In this document: positions 23,329 to 32,000 of the stretch, one piece after another
How the letters are laid out: every line of letters starts with the position of its first letter
Numbering within the stretch: the first letter of the stretch is position 1
Source of the DNA: Xylanibacter ruminicola 23
GTDB lineage: Bacteria > Bacteroidota > Bacteroidia > Bacteroidales > Bacteroidaceae
Length of the DNA: 32,000 bases
Reading direction: 5' to 3'
Assembly: GCF_000025925.1 (NCBI RefSeq)
Contig: NC_014033.1
Span: 3,090,001 to 3,122,000 of the forward strand
Program-made: the position numbers and the translations under genes
The notes under the pieces: model-generated
The model's input: the letters and a program-made list of their open reading frames with translations, nothing else
Databases searched by the model: none
Told to the model about the DNA's origin: nothing

Positions 23329-25341
23329 ATGAAAAAAATGTTTTTTGCTGTAGCTATGGCCCTTGTTAGTTTGGCCAGCTCGGCACAGGATCTGAAAGCA
23401 AACATGGACCCGAGTGTTAAACCTGGCGACGACTTCTGGCTGTATGCCGTTGGTGGTTGGCTCAAGGCCAATCCGCTGGATAAGCAGCATGCCGAGAACG
23501 GTGCGTTTACCGACTTGGAGGAGCTGAACAACGATCGTATTAAGGAACTGATTATGAAGTACGCCGAGAAGCAAATGCCTCAGGGAACCGACGGGCAGAA
23601 GATAGGCGCTCTCTATCGCTTATATATGGATAGCGTAAGCCGCAATAAGATGGGCTACGAGCCAATTAAGCCCTACCTCAAGCAGGTACGCGAAGTAAAG
23701 ACTCGCGAGGAGTTGCTTAAGCTGATGTGCGATTTCGACGCTAAGGGATTCAATACCGCTCCATTCGGTATCGGTCTGTCACTCAATCCATTCAACTCTT
23801 CCGAGTATATGATTGGTGGCGGTCATGGCGGTGCCTCGCTGCCACAGGAGTACTATGCTAACCCTAATGAGCAACAGAAGAAGACAGTTGAAGCCAAGAA
23901 GGCCCTGTTTAAGGATTTCTTCAAGATGGTAGGCTATAGCGAAAAAGAGGCTCAGAAAAAGATGGAGGCCGAGTGGGCCATCGAGCATGCCATCGGCATA
24001 AAGACCCTGAATCAGGTTGAAAGTCGTAACCCCATGGCTACTATCCACATCATGCCTTGGCAGCAGTTGTTGAACGATTTCAAGGGTATCGACTGGGAAG
24101 GTTATCGCGATGCCTTGGGCATGCCAAAGGATATCGATCAGGTAAACATCAGCCAGTTGGAGCCTTTGCACGAGGTTGAGAAGATTATGGCCAACACCAG
24201 TCTCGACGATCTCAAGTCGTATGTCGAGCTTCAGATTATTCGCTCTTACAGCGGTTTCCTGAGCGATGCTTTCGAGGATCGTGCTTTCGAGGCTCAAAAG
24301 GCCATCAGTGGTGTACAGGAGCAGCAGCCCCGTTGGAAGCGTGCTGTGGCTACCATCAGTGGTAGTCTGGGCGAAACTATTGGTAAACTGTATGTTCAGG
24401 AGTACTTTCCCGAGAGCAGTAAGCAGCGTGTGGTACGATTGGTAAAGGATTTGCAGCAGGCCTTCGAGGATCGTTTAAACGAGAATACCTGGATGAGCGA
24501 TAGCACCAAGGCCAAGGCACTTGAGAAGCTGCATGCCATGCATATTAATGTAGGCTATCCCGATAAGTGGGAGGATATGGAGAAGTTTGTGGATATCCGT
24601 GAGAACGAGAATCTGGTCGAGAACTTCATCCGTATCACTCAGGAGGCCCGTGCTGCCATGTTCCGTAAGTACTGGCACCAGCCGGTTGATAAAACCCGCA
24701 TGGTTTGCACACCTCAGACGGTTAACGCTTTTTATCATCCCCTCTTCAACAGCATCAACTTCCCTGCAGCCATCCTGCAACCACCATTCTTTGATGTAAA
24801 TGCCGATTACGCCAGCAACTACGGTGCCATTGGTGTAGTAATGGGACACGAGATGACCCACGGATTTGACGATCAGGGTTGTCAGTTTGATAAGGATGGT
24901 AACCTGAAGAACTGGTGGACAGCTGACGATAAGACCAATTACGACCAGCGTACCAAGGTGATTGCCGACTGGTTTAGCGAGCAGGAGGCTGTGCCTGGTT
25001 TGAAGGTTAACGGACAGAAGACGCTTGGCGAGAACGTGAGCGATAACGGTGGTTTGAAGATTGCTTATCGTGCTTACGAGAACCGCATGAAGCAGGAGCC
25101 ACTGAGCAATATCGAGGGCTTTACCCCTGCTCAGCGTTTCTATCTGGCCTATGCCCGTGTTTGGGCTTGCAACAGCACCCCTGAGTACACGGCCATGCTG
25201 GTTAATAGCGATGTGCACTCACCTGCCCGTATCCGTGTTATGGCTGCTCTGCCTATGATCGATACCTGGTACGATGCCTTCGGTATCAAGCAGGGCGACA
25301 AGATGTTTATCCCTAAGGAGAAACGTGCATTAGTATGGTAA
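23329..25341 (+). CDS. M13 family zinc metallopeptidase (neprilysin/PepO-like), secreted
   Basis: 670 aa with a signal peptide (LASSAQ) and the M13 triad of motifs VNAFYHP, HEMTHGFD and GENVSDNGG. Confidence 0.9.
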   Translation: MKKMFFAVAMALVSLASSAQDLKANMDPSVKPGDDFWLYAVGGWLKANPLDKQHAENGAFTDLEELNNDRIKELIMKYAEKQMPQGTDGQKIGALYRLYMDSVSRNKMGYEPIKPYLKQVREVKTREELLKLMCDFDAKGFNTAPFGIGLSLNPFNSSEYMIGGGHGGASLPQEYYANPNEQQKKTVEAKKALFKDFFKMVGYSEKEAQKKMEAEWAIEHAIGIKTLNQVESRNPMATIHIMPWQQLLNDFKGIDWEGYRDALGMPKDIDQVNISQLEPLHEVEKIMANTSLDDLKSYVELQIIRSYSGFLSDAFEDRAFEAQKAISGVQEQQPRWKRAVATISGSLGETIGKLYVQEYFPESSKQRVVRLVKDLQQAFEDRLNENTWMSDSTKAKALEKLHAMHINVGYPDKWEDMEKFVDIRENENLVENFIRITQEARAAMFRKYWHQPVDKTRMVCTPQTVNAFYHPLFNSINFPAAILQPPFFDVNADYASNYGAIGVVMGHEMTHGFDDQGCQFDKDGNLKNWWTADDKTNYDQRTKVIADWFSEQEAVPGLKVNGQKTLGENVSDNGGLKIAYRAYENRMKQEPLSNIEGFTPAQRFYLAYARVWACNSTPEYTAMLVNSDVHSPARIRVMAALPMIDTWYDAFGIKQGDKMFIPKEKRALVW

Positions 25342-27482
25342 AGAAATATGTTGCGGCAACTGCCCTGGCTCTTGTATGTACAACAAGCTGGGCGCAGGAG
25401 CCTCAGGACTCGATAGAATCTGTAGACAAGTATTTAAATCTGAAGGAGGTCGTCATTAAAGGCGGCCTCCCTCACACTCGCCTCAAGGGTAACGCTATGG
25501 TTACCCGTGTGGATGGTACGGCGCTGGCATCAGCAGGTACACTGGGCGACTTGCTGGTAAAAGTGCCAGGTATGACTGGTACCGACGAGGCACCTGAGGT
25601 TTTAGGTAAGGGTACACCTCTTATATATATAAACGGTCGCAAGATGCGCGACGACAGCGAACTGAAGCGCCTACGCAGCGAGGACATTCGCGATGTAGAG
25701 GTGATTAACAACCCAGGTGCCCAGTACGATGCGCAGATACGTGCCGTGGTGCGTATCAGAACCAAGAAGCTGAAGGGCGAGGGTCTGGGACTGAATGCGA
25801 CACTCTCGAACGAACGCGACCTGCGTTACGATTTCGACCGTCCACAGGTAAAGCTGGGGGCCAACTACCGCAAGGATGGGGTAGATGTGTTCGGACAGGT
25901 ATATTTCTACCATCAGGACTATCGCCAATACAGTACGATAGAGGATAAGACCATGACTGACGTGAAGACATTTTATCAGCATGGCCCTTACACCATGACG
26001 TGGAAGTACAACCAGCTGAACTATAGCGCTGGTGTGAACTGGCAGTTGAACGAGAACCACTCGATGGGTGCGCGAATAGACCTGACACACCGCCCCAAAA
26101 GCGGTACCAACCAGGTGATTTACGATGAGGATGTGATAGAGAATGATGTGAAGATAGACCATCTGTACTCGCACCAGACCAGCAAAGAAAGCAAACCTCT
26201 GGGTATACTCACCAATACCTATTACAATGGTAAGGTGGGTAAGTTAGGTATCGACTTTAACTTCGACTTTATGAAGGGCGGCACCGATACCAATCGCGAG
26301 AATGTGGAGCTGAGCCAGATACAGAACGACTATGTGCTCAGTAAGTCGGGTACCAACAGCCATCTGTATGCTGCCAAGCTGGTGCTGTCGTACCCTATCT
26401 GGAAGGGTTCGTTGGATGCAGGAACCGAGATGAGTTTTGTGAAACGTAATAACACCTACTGGATTGACAAGGCTACCATTGCCAATACCGATGCCGACAT
26501 TAAGGAGAATAACATTGCGGCCTTTGCCGAGTATGGTTGCGACTTTGGTAAATGGGGACAGGCCAGTGCCGGTTTGCGCTACGAGCATACGCTGTTGGAT
26601 TACGACGATGCCAGTAACAACGACTATCTGCACCGTTCGATGGACGAGTGGTTCCCCACAGCATCGTATGCAGTAACGTTAGGCAAGATTCAGGCGGGTC
26701 TCTCATACAGTTTGAAGACCGAGCGCCCCAGCTTTTTTGCCATGAACGATGCCGTAACCTACATCAGTCGCTACACCCTGCAGGCTGGAAACTCGCAGTT
26801 GAAGAACGAACGTATCCGCGACCTGACGCTGAATCTGGCCTGGAAGTGGATTAACCTCTCGGCCTCGTACGAGCACACCAATAACGCCATTATCCAGTGG
26901 ACGGAAATCAATACCGCCCAGAAGGATGCCACACTTGTAAAGCATCGTAATCTGGATAAGCCCATCAAGACGCTGAGCGCCTATCTGTCGCTCACACCAC
27001 ATGTGGGCATCTGGTCGCTCAATGCTACGTTGGGTGTTGAGAAGCAGGATTTGTATCTGGATGTAGAGGGGCCGCACAACCACCAGTATCGTGTGTATTG
27101 CAACAAGCCCACTTACACCGTAAACGCCTTTAATACGTTTGCACTCAAACATGGCTGGCAGTTTGATGCCAACGTGATGTTCCATTCAAATGGTAACTCG
27201 TATATTTTCTACAACGACACCTACAGTCTGCGTTTGGGATTGATTGTACAGAAGAGTTTCCTGAAGGACCGCTCGCTCATTGCCCGTGTGGGTGTGCTCG
27301 ACTGCTTGCAGCGCCATCATGTGAACGAGGTGTGCGATTTGGGTTACAACTGGTTCAAACAAACCAACCGTTACTCAACCCATAAGTTGGTAACAACGCT
27401 CATCTATCGCTTTAATGCCACCCGCAGTAAGTACAAGGGTACAGGTGCTGGTAGGGACGTACAGGCCCGTATGGGATCATAA
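25335..27482 (+). CDS. outer-membrane beta-barrel family protein, paralogue of 17736-20111 lacking the N-terminal regulatory-like domain
   Basis: 715 aa. The plug-like region aligns by eye with the paralogue (KEVVIKGGLP..IYINGRKMRDDSELKRLRSEDI..NNPGAQYDA). Both share the C-terminal tail SKYKGTGAGRDVQARM. The ATG overlaps the M13 stop by 7 nt. Confidence 0.7.
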   Translation: MVKKYVAATALALVCTTSWAQEPQDSIESVDKYLNLKEVVIKGGLPHTRLKGNAMVTRVDGTALASAGTLGDLLVKVPGMTGTDEAPEVLGKGTPLIYINGRKMRDDSELKRLRSEDIRDVEVINNPGAQYDAQIRAVVRIRTKKLKGEGLGLNATLSNERDLRYDFDRPQVKLGANYRKDGVDVFGQVYFYHQDYRQYSTIEDKTMTDVKTFYQHGPYTMTWKYNQLNYSAGVNWQLNENHSMGARIDLTHRPKSGTNQVIYDEDVIENDVKIDHLYSHQTSKESKPLGILTNTYYNGKVGKLGIDFNFDFMKGGTDTNRENVELSQIQNDYVLSKSGTNSHLYAAKLVLSYPIWKGSLDAGTEMSFVKRNNTYWIDKATIANTDADIKENNIAAFAEYGCDFGKWGQASAGLRYEHTLLDYDDASNNDYLHRSMDEWFPTASYAVTLGKIQAGLSYSLKTERPSFFAMNDAVTYISRYTLQAGNSQLKNERIRDLTLNLAWKWINLSASYEHTNNAIIQWTEINTAQKDATLVKHRNLDKPIKTLSAYLSLTPHVGIWSLNATLGVEKQDLYLDVEGPHNHQYRVYCNKPTYTVNAFNTFALKHGWQFDANVMFHSNGNSYIFYNDTYSLRLGLIVQKSFLKDRSLIARVGVLDCLQRHHVNEVCDLGYNWFKQTNRYSTHKLVTTLIYRFNATRSKYKGTGAGRDVQARMGS

Positions 27483-29081
27483 TAGGTCCTTGATGGCAGC
27501 CTTGATTTGTGCCATGTTACTGCGCGAAACAGGTATAGTATCATGACAATTCTTCATTACAAGCTGGGTGGTGCCAGTGTGCGAGATAATCTGCTCAACC
27601 TGTTGGAGATTGATTATAAAGGCACGATGGCAGCGCACCATCATAGGATAGGCGCTTAGTTGTTCCTCAATCTGTTTTAAGGTAGCGCGTAGCATATCGT
27701 TTTTAATTTTCCCATCAAACAGTTGGTAAACTTTTACATAGTTGCCAACTGCTTCTATATATACCAGGTTGGCAATGTCGAGCGATAACGTATCGCTGGT
27801 CGATCCCGTTAGCGTGATATGTGTAGGCGCAGGTTGCTCGGCTGTGGCAACGGGTGTTTCCTTACGCCCTTTTTGCAGGCTCTTTAACTGCTCGTTCAGC
27901 AGTTTCAGCTCCTCTTCCTGCTTAGCCAGCAGTTTTTTACGCTTGCCTGCCAATACCGACAGTCCGAATATAACGCTTATCAATGCTAAGGTGAGTGCCA
28001 GAAAGAAGATGAGTTGGCGCTGGCGCGAAACGGTTAGCATCAGCTCATGGTCGCGCAGATTATGCATCGACCACTCCTTGGCTTCGGCCACAGCTTCGCT
28101 CTTTTCGCGTTTATCGCGTTTATTGTTGGCATACTCGGCTATTTCGGTCATATCATATCGCCCTGTAGTGGCATAGTTCAGTACCATGCGGTGGGCTATC
28201 ATGCAGAATCGGGTGGCATCGGTAGCTTTTTCTTCATCTACCATATCCATATACTGCCGGGCCTTCTGTTTGTCGCCCTTCAGCAGCCAGGCATGCGACA
28301 GCGAGAAGAGTGCGCCAATCTTGTTGTCTTCAAGAATCGTGGAATGCTGATAGTGATCTAATATATACTCTTGCAGCTGGATGCCTTTATCCAGCTGGCC
28401 CATGGCTACAAGCATATCAGCATAGTTACGCATCACATCATTCCAGATATAGATGGAGTCGGCGGCTGTATCCCTATAAGCTACGATACGTTCCATCGTG
28501 GCGATGGCTGCATCGTAGTTACCATGATAGAAATATTCGATAGCCAGACTGTTAAGCAACTTGGCCTGATTCTTATCGCCGCCATCCAGTTTCACCACCT
28601 CTTCGGTATAGCGTTTCAGTCCATCCAGATTACCTTCGAGCGATTCCATGCGGGCCAGGCTTCGGAGTTTTGAGATGGTGCCTTCGCGATCGTTAGCGCG
28701 TTTACTCTCTTCTACCGACAGGTGCATCATGTCCTTGGCCTTGGCAAAGCTGTCGCGCCACCAGTAGTACGACGATGCCAAAGCATGGGCCTTGCACAGC
28801 ATGGCGCTATCCTTGTCCTGATAATATTCGGCAGCATAAAGCACCAACGAGTCTTCCGACAACGCTTGGTAGGTGCCAATGTGTGCCTGGGCCATAGCCA
28901 TCCAGTAACGAGCCTTCCATTCGCCCTTCAGTCGGCTGGCATCTTCTACCTTATTTAGTACGCACAAGGCGCTGTCGGCGTGTTCTCCAACAAGTGTCTC
29001 TGCTTCGATAATAAACTGTTTGTCTGTTTTGCTGCATGCAGCCAGCAGTAACGTAATGAGTAGCCAATTAATTCGTTTCAT
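27477..29081 (-). CDS. membrane-anchored TPR-LytTR transcriptional regulator (no receiver domain)
   Basis: 534 aa with a lipobox (LLLAAC), ~340 aa of TPR-like helical repeats, a TM helix (LIFFLALTLALISVIFGLSVLAG) and a coiled coil. The C-terminal LytTR domain reads LVYIEAVGNYVKVY..VRCHRAFIINL. Confidence 0.75.
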   Translation of the reverse strand: MKRINWLLITLLLAACSKTDKQFIIEAETLVGEHADSALCVLNKVEDASRLKGEWKARYWMAMAQAHIGTYQALSEDSLVLYAAEYYQDKDSAMLCKAHALASSYYWWRDSFAKAKDMMHLSVEESKRANDREGTISKLRSLARMESLEGNLDGLKRYTEEVVKLDGGDKNQAKLLNSLAIEYFYHGNYDAAIATMERIVAYRDTAADSIYIWNDVMRNYADMLVAMGQLDKGIQLQEYILDHYQHSTILEDNKIGALFSLSHAWLLKGDKQKARQYMDMVDEEKATDATRFCMIAHRMVLNYATTGRYDMTEIAEYANNKRDKREKSEAVAEAKEWSMHNLRDHELMLTVSRQRQLIFFLALTLALISVIFGLSVLAGKRKKLLAKQEEELKLLNEQLKSLQKGRKETPVATAEQPAPTHITLTGSTSDTLSLDIANLVYIEAVGNYVKVYQLFDGKIKNDMLRATLKQIEEQLSAYPMMVRCHRAFIINLQQVEQIISHTGTTQLVMKNCHDTIPVSRSNMAQIKAAIKDLL

Positions 29082-29119
29082 GCCGCAAAAATAGTGTAAT
29101 TCTGCGATTTGACCAAGCG

Positions 29120-29195
29120 ATTCATCACAAAAGTACGCAGATTATCCCAAAATTTTGCTTATTCTTGCAACTATGCTTATCTTTGCAACGTCAAA
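29120..29195 (+). promoter_or_regulatory. promoter module C: degenerate box ATTCATCACA, -33 TTTG, -7 TATCTTTG and GCAACGTCAAA
   Basis: The box lies at 29120-29129, TTTG at 29154-29157 and TAnnTTTG at 29178-29185. Spacing matches modules A and B. It sits in the 132-bp divergent region shared with the LytTR gene. Confidence 0.5.
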
Positions 29196-29213
29196 TGATA
29201 AAAACTGGAGAGT

Positions 29214-30428
29214 ATGAATAAACTTAAATTATTGATGGCATTGACCATTGTGATGATGAGTGCTATGAACACAAAGGCTCAGAATCAACGAATGATGGAC
29301 TTTCAAAATGAGTTCTCTAAGTATCAGACACAGTATCGTGACCAGATGCATAGTGGAAAGCACAAGGATGCGCTGGCCCCACTGGCAAGTTGTATCGCGA
29401 TGCTCGACACCACCACGATTTTCAAAGTGGCCCCCATCCCCGAGGGAGCCATTCTGGAGCAGAAAGGACTGCTTTACTACGACCAGGCATGCTGCTATGC
29501 GATAGTGGGACAAAAGAAACAGGCGCTTGCGGCATTGGGGCAGTCTGTCGAGCTGGGCTATAAGGATTATAATAATATGGTGAACGACAACGACCTCGTC
29601 TCGCTGCGCAAGGACAAGAAATACCAGGCGCTACTGGCGCAGGTGAAAGACCGTCAGCCGCTGAATGTGCTGAAGAAGTCGGCCCCGTATGCAAAGGATG
29701 ATGCGAAGGTAGAGTTCCGTTATCAACCCAAGAGATCGAACAATCTCTGCAAGGTTCGCGATTACTTTAAACTCGATTCTGTAGCAGGTCAGGGCGATGA
29801 ACTGTCGAAGATTATCAATCTGCTGCACTTTGCCCACGACAACATCCGCCACGACGGCAGCAACCAGGCGTTTGCCGAGTTGGATGCCATCGACCTTTAC
29901 AACTATTACAAGGCTACTGGCAAGGGGGTGAACTGCCGCCAGCTGGCCATATCGCTCTGCGAGATGTACCTGTCGATGGGCATTCCTGCCCGCTACGTGA
30001 CCTGCATGCCTGCCGATTCGCTCGATTATGAGTGCCATGTGATTAACACGGTGTGGTCGAGCCAGTTGCAGAAATGGCTTTATATCGACCCCACGATGGA
30101 TGCCTGGGTGACTGATGAGAACGGCACGCTGCTTAGCATCGCCGAAGTGCGCGAACGACTCATTAACGACCAGCCCTTGGTGCTTTGTGAAACAGCCAAC
30201 TGGAACCATGAGTCGCAGCAGACAAAGGAATACTATTTGGAAACCTATATGGCGAAGAACCTGTACTACTTTGTGTGCAAGAAGCTTAACCGCTTTAATC
30301 CTGAGAGCGTCTATCGCGACAACGATCCTGAAGGTGACGTCAGACTTATACCAGTAGGCTTCGTTAACAACAATTGGAAGTGTGATACCACAACCGACCC
30401 AGAGGTATTCTGGGCAAAACCAGAATAA
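29214..30428 (+). CDS. transglutaminase-like cysteine protease-fold protein with an N-terminal TPR-like segment, secreted
   Basis: 404 aa with a signal peptide. Candidate Cys-His-Asp triad contexts are GVNCRQLA, YECHVINTVW and LYIDPTMD. Confidence 0.6.
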   Translation: MNKLKLLMALTIVMMSAMNTKAQNQRMMDFQNEFSKYQTQYRDQMHSGKHKDALAPLASCIAMLDTTTIFKVAPIPEGAILEQKGLLYYDQACCYAIVGQKKQALAALGQSVELGYKDYNNMVNDNDLVSLRKDKKYQALLAQVKDRQPLNVLKKSAPYAKDDAKVEFRYQPKRSNNLCKVRDYFKLDSVAGQGDELSKIINLLHFAHDNIRHDGSNQAFAELDAIDLYNYYKATGKGVNCRQLAISLCEMYLSMGIPARYVTCMPADSLDYECHVINTVWSSQLQKWLYIDPTMDAWVTDENGTLLSIAEVRERLINDQPLVLCETANWNHESQQTKEYYLETYMAKNLYYFVCKKLNRFNPESVYRDNDPEGDVRLIPVGFVNNNWKCDTTTDPEVFWAKPE

Positions 30429-30437
30429 ATAGTTACA

Positions 30438-30959
30438 ATGGCGATAACAAGTGAGAGATTGAACCAGACTTTTAGTGAGGGCGGAGCTCAGGAGATATAC
30501 CAAGAGATTAAGGCGAAAGGGGATTTTCTGGGCTTTGCCCAACGCTATGCCTTCGACACCGACTATCGTGTGGCGAGAACTGCTTTGTGGGGTCTGACCA
30601 AAGCTAAGGACGAAGAGTTGTCGGAATTGAAGGTGATATACAATGAGCTGATAGATCAGGCCATGCAGACGGAGAATTCGTCGGTGAGGCGGCTAACGCT
30701 GAACATCATCGAAAAGCTGAAAATGAACGAGGATGATTTGCGGACTGACTTCCTTGATTTCTGTTTCGAGCACATGGTCAGCATCGAAGAGTTTCCTGGC
30801 ATCCAAACGCTCTGCATGAAACTCGCCTTTCGCATGTGCACCTTCTATCCAGAACTGATGGACGAGTTGAAACGTACCCTCGAAGCGATGGAGATAGATT
30901 ATTATAAACCCGCCATAAAGTGTCTGCGTAAAAGGATTTTCTGTGGGCGATACAAATAA
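30438..30959 (+). CDS. hypothetical all-alpha protein (possibly HEAT/ARM-like repeats)
   Basis: 173-aa ORF starting 9 nt after the upstream stop. No motif was recognised; the helical-repeat idea rests on composition only. Confidence 0.4.
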   Translation: MAITSERLNQTFSEGGAQEIYQEIKAKGDFLGFAQRYAFDTDYRVARTALWGLTKAKDEELSELKVIYNELIDQAMQTENSSVRRLTLNIIEKLKMNEDDLRTDFLDFCFEHMVSIEEFPGIQTLCMKLAFRMCTFYPELMDELKRTLEAMEIDYYKPAIKCLRKRIFCGRYK

Positions 30960-30986
30960 AATAGATTTTTGAGTACAAAAGAGAAT

Positions 30987-31556
30987 ATGAACATTCTGAT
31001 TATAAATGGCAGTCCTCGGAAGAAGGGGCTGATTTCCCAGATGCTAGGCATCATGCAGGAGGAGGCTGAAACGCGAGGCGATACGGTGGAGATGGTCTAT
31101 ACCAACGACCTGACCGTGAAGCCTTGCAAAGGCTGTATGGCGTGTCGCACGAAGCAGAAATGCGTTCTCGCAGAAGATGATTCGCAGCGGGTGTTGAAGA
31201 TGATGCAGCAGGCTGATGCGATCATCATGGGTGCACCTTGCTACTGGGGCAACATCCCTGGACAGATGAAACTGATGTTCGACCGTCAGGTGTATGGCAT
31301 GATGCGTGATACTAATCGTTTTCCAGAACCGCTGATGAAAGGTAAGAAGGGTATCCTTATCAGCACCTGCACTACGCCATGGCCTTGGAACATTCTGTTC
31401 AAACAGTCGCGCGGAGCTATCCGTGCCATGCGTGAGATAGCCCGCTATGCAGGTTTCAAAATCGTAAGTACCATCGAGCGTGGCGGAACAGCCATGCATC
31501 CCGCGCTGACCGAGAAAGACAAACAAAAGTGCCGTAAGGCTATCAATAAGTTGTAA
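30987..31556 (+). CDS. flavodoxin-like NAD(P)H-dependent FMN reductase / iron-sulfur flavoprotein family
   Basis: I moved the start to the ATG at 30987 (MNILIINGSPRKKG); the ORF-track start is a TTG. CKGCMAC and APCYWGNIPGQMKLMFDR are typical of this family. Confidence 0.7.
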   Translation: MNILIINGSPRKKGLISQMLGIMQEEAETRGDTVEMVYTNDLTVKPCKGCMACRTKQKCVLAEDDSQRVLKMMQQADAIIMGAPCYWGNIPGQMKLMFDRQVYGMMRDTNRFPEPLMKGKKGILISTCTTPWPWNILFKQSRGAIRAMREIARYAGFKIVSTIERGGTAMHPALTEKDKQKCRKAINKL

Positions 31557-31578
31557 ATAATTAAAATCAAAAATAACA

Positions 31579-32000
31579 ATGATTATTAGATTAGAAGATA
31601 CAAAAGACTATCGTGAGGTAGAGAACCTGACGCGTGAGGCATTCTGGAACGTATATCGTCCTGGATGCACAGAGCATTACGTGCTCAATCATTATAGAAC
31701 CAATCCCGACTTTATATCAGAGCTGGATTTTGTGATGGAGGTAGATGGAAAGATCATCGGTCATGTGATGTTTTCGAAGGCCGAACTTGTGCTTGATGAT
31801 GGCTGCAAGAAAGCTTCGTGGACATTCGGCCCCATCAGCATTCATCCTGCCTACAAGCGCAAGGGCTATGGTCAGAAGTTGCTGCAATATGCCTTGGATA
31901 AGGCTCGCGACATGGGTATCGGATTTATCTGTATGGAGGGTAACATCGAGTTTTACAAACATGCAGGCTTCGACCTTGCCAGCAAACTGAACATTCACTA
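31579..32000 (+). CDS. GNAT family N-acetyltransferase, 3' end outside the window
   Basis: It is not in the ORF track because it runs off the window. The translation MIIRLEDTKDYREVENLTREAFWN...IHPAYKRKGYGQKLLQYALDKARDMG contains the acetyl-CoA-binding R/Q-x-x-G-x-G/A motif (KRKGYG). Confidence 0.7.
   Translation, partial: MIIRLEDTKDYREVENLTREAFWNVYRPGCTEHYVLNHYRTNPDFISELDFVMEVDGKIIGHVMFSKAELVLDDGCKKASWTFGPISIHPAYKRKGYGQKLLQYALDKARDMGIGFICMEGNIEFYKHAGFDLASKLNIH

Noticed and set aside
29631-30542. 303-aa minus-strand ORF opposite the transglutaminase-like gene
   Set aside because: It is a shadow ORF. The + strand product has a signal peptide and Cys/His/Asp contexts, while the minus-strand product is featureless and bridges two + strand genes.
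1-32000. Genomic island or mobile-element boundaries around the kinase-nuclease pair or the envelope locus
   Set aside because: I saw no integrase, transposase, tRNA, long direct repeats or obvious compositional break by eye. The only candidate scar is the 16152-16516 spacer, which is reported as a finding rather than as a mobile element.

Overview
This 32-kb chromosomal segment looks like a Bacteroidota (Prevotella-like) genome. TAnnTTTG-type -7 boxes precede many operons, lipoprotein and outer-membrane genes are abundant, and the gene order acpP-fabF-rnc is present. I saw no rRNA, tRNA, CRISPR array, transposase or integrase.

Bases 1-13,000 hold housekeeping or conserved-unknown operons:
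- a hemD fragment;
- a GH3 / Ig-like lipoprotein / DUF3108 operon joined by ATGA overlaps;
- an ECF sigma/anti-sigma pair next to a lipoprotein serpin;
- acpP-fabF-rnc;
- DUF4254-GT9;
- a 51-aa rubredoxin that is missing from the ORF track.

The window centre is the least ordinary part. An orphan histidine kinase fused to a solute-binding domain ends in a stop codon that overlaps (ATGA) the start of a 483-aa protein. That protein carries two different PD-(D/E)XK-type nuclease domains. Downstream lies a 365-bp gene-free convergent spacer containing a 170-bp imperfect palindrome built from 8-mer units, two tandem 19-bp dyad sites and nested hairpins. A solitary FecCD/BtuC-type permease follows.

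Bases 17.5-32 kb form an envelope locus: two paralogous OM beta-barrel proteins, a TonB-dependent receptor, a LiaF-like membrane protein, an M13 peptidase and a transglutaminase-like operon. Three promoters in it share an ~80-bp module with identical internal spacing and an upstream ATTCGTCACA box. A membrane-anchored TPR-LytTR regulator without a receiver domain is encoded inside the locus and is my candidate cognate factor.

All functional calls come from reading translations and motifs by eye. No database search or folding computation was run.
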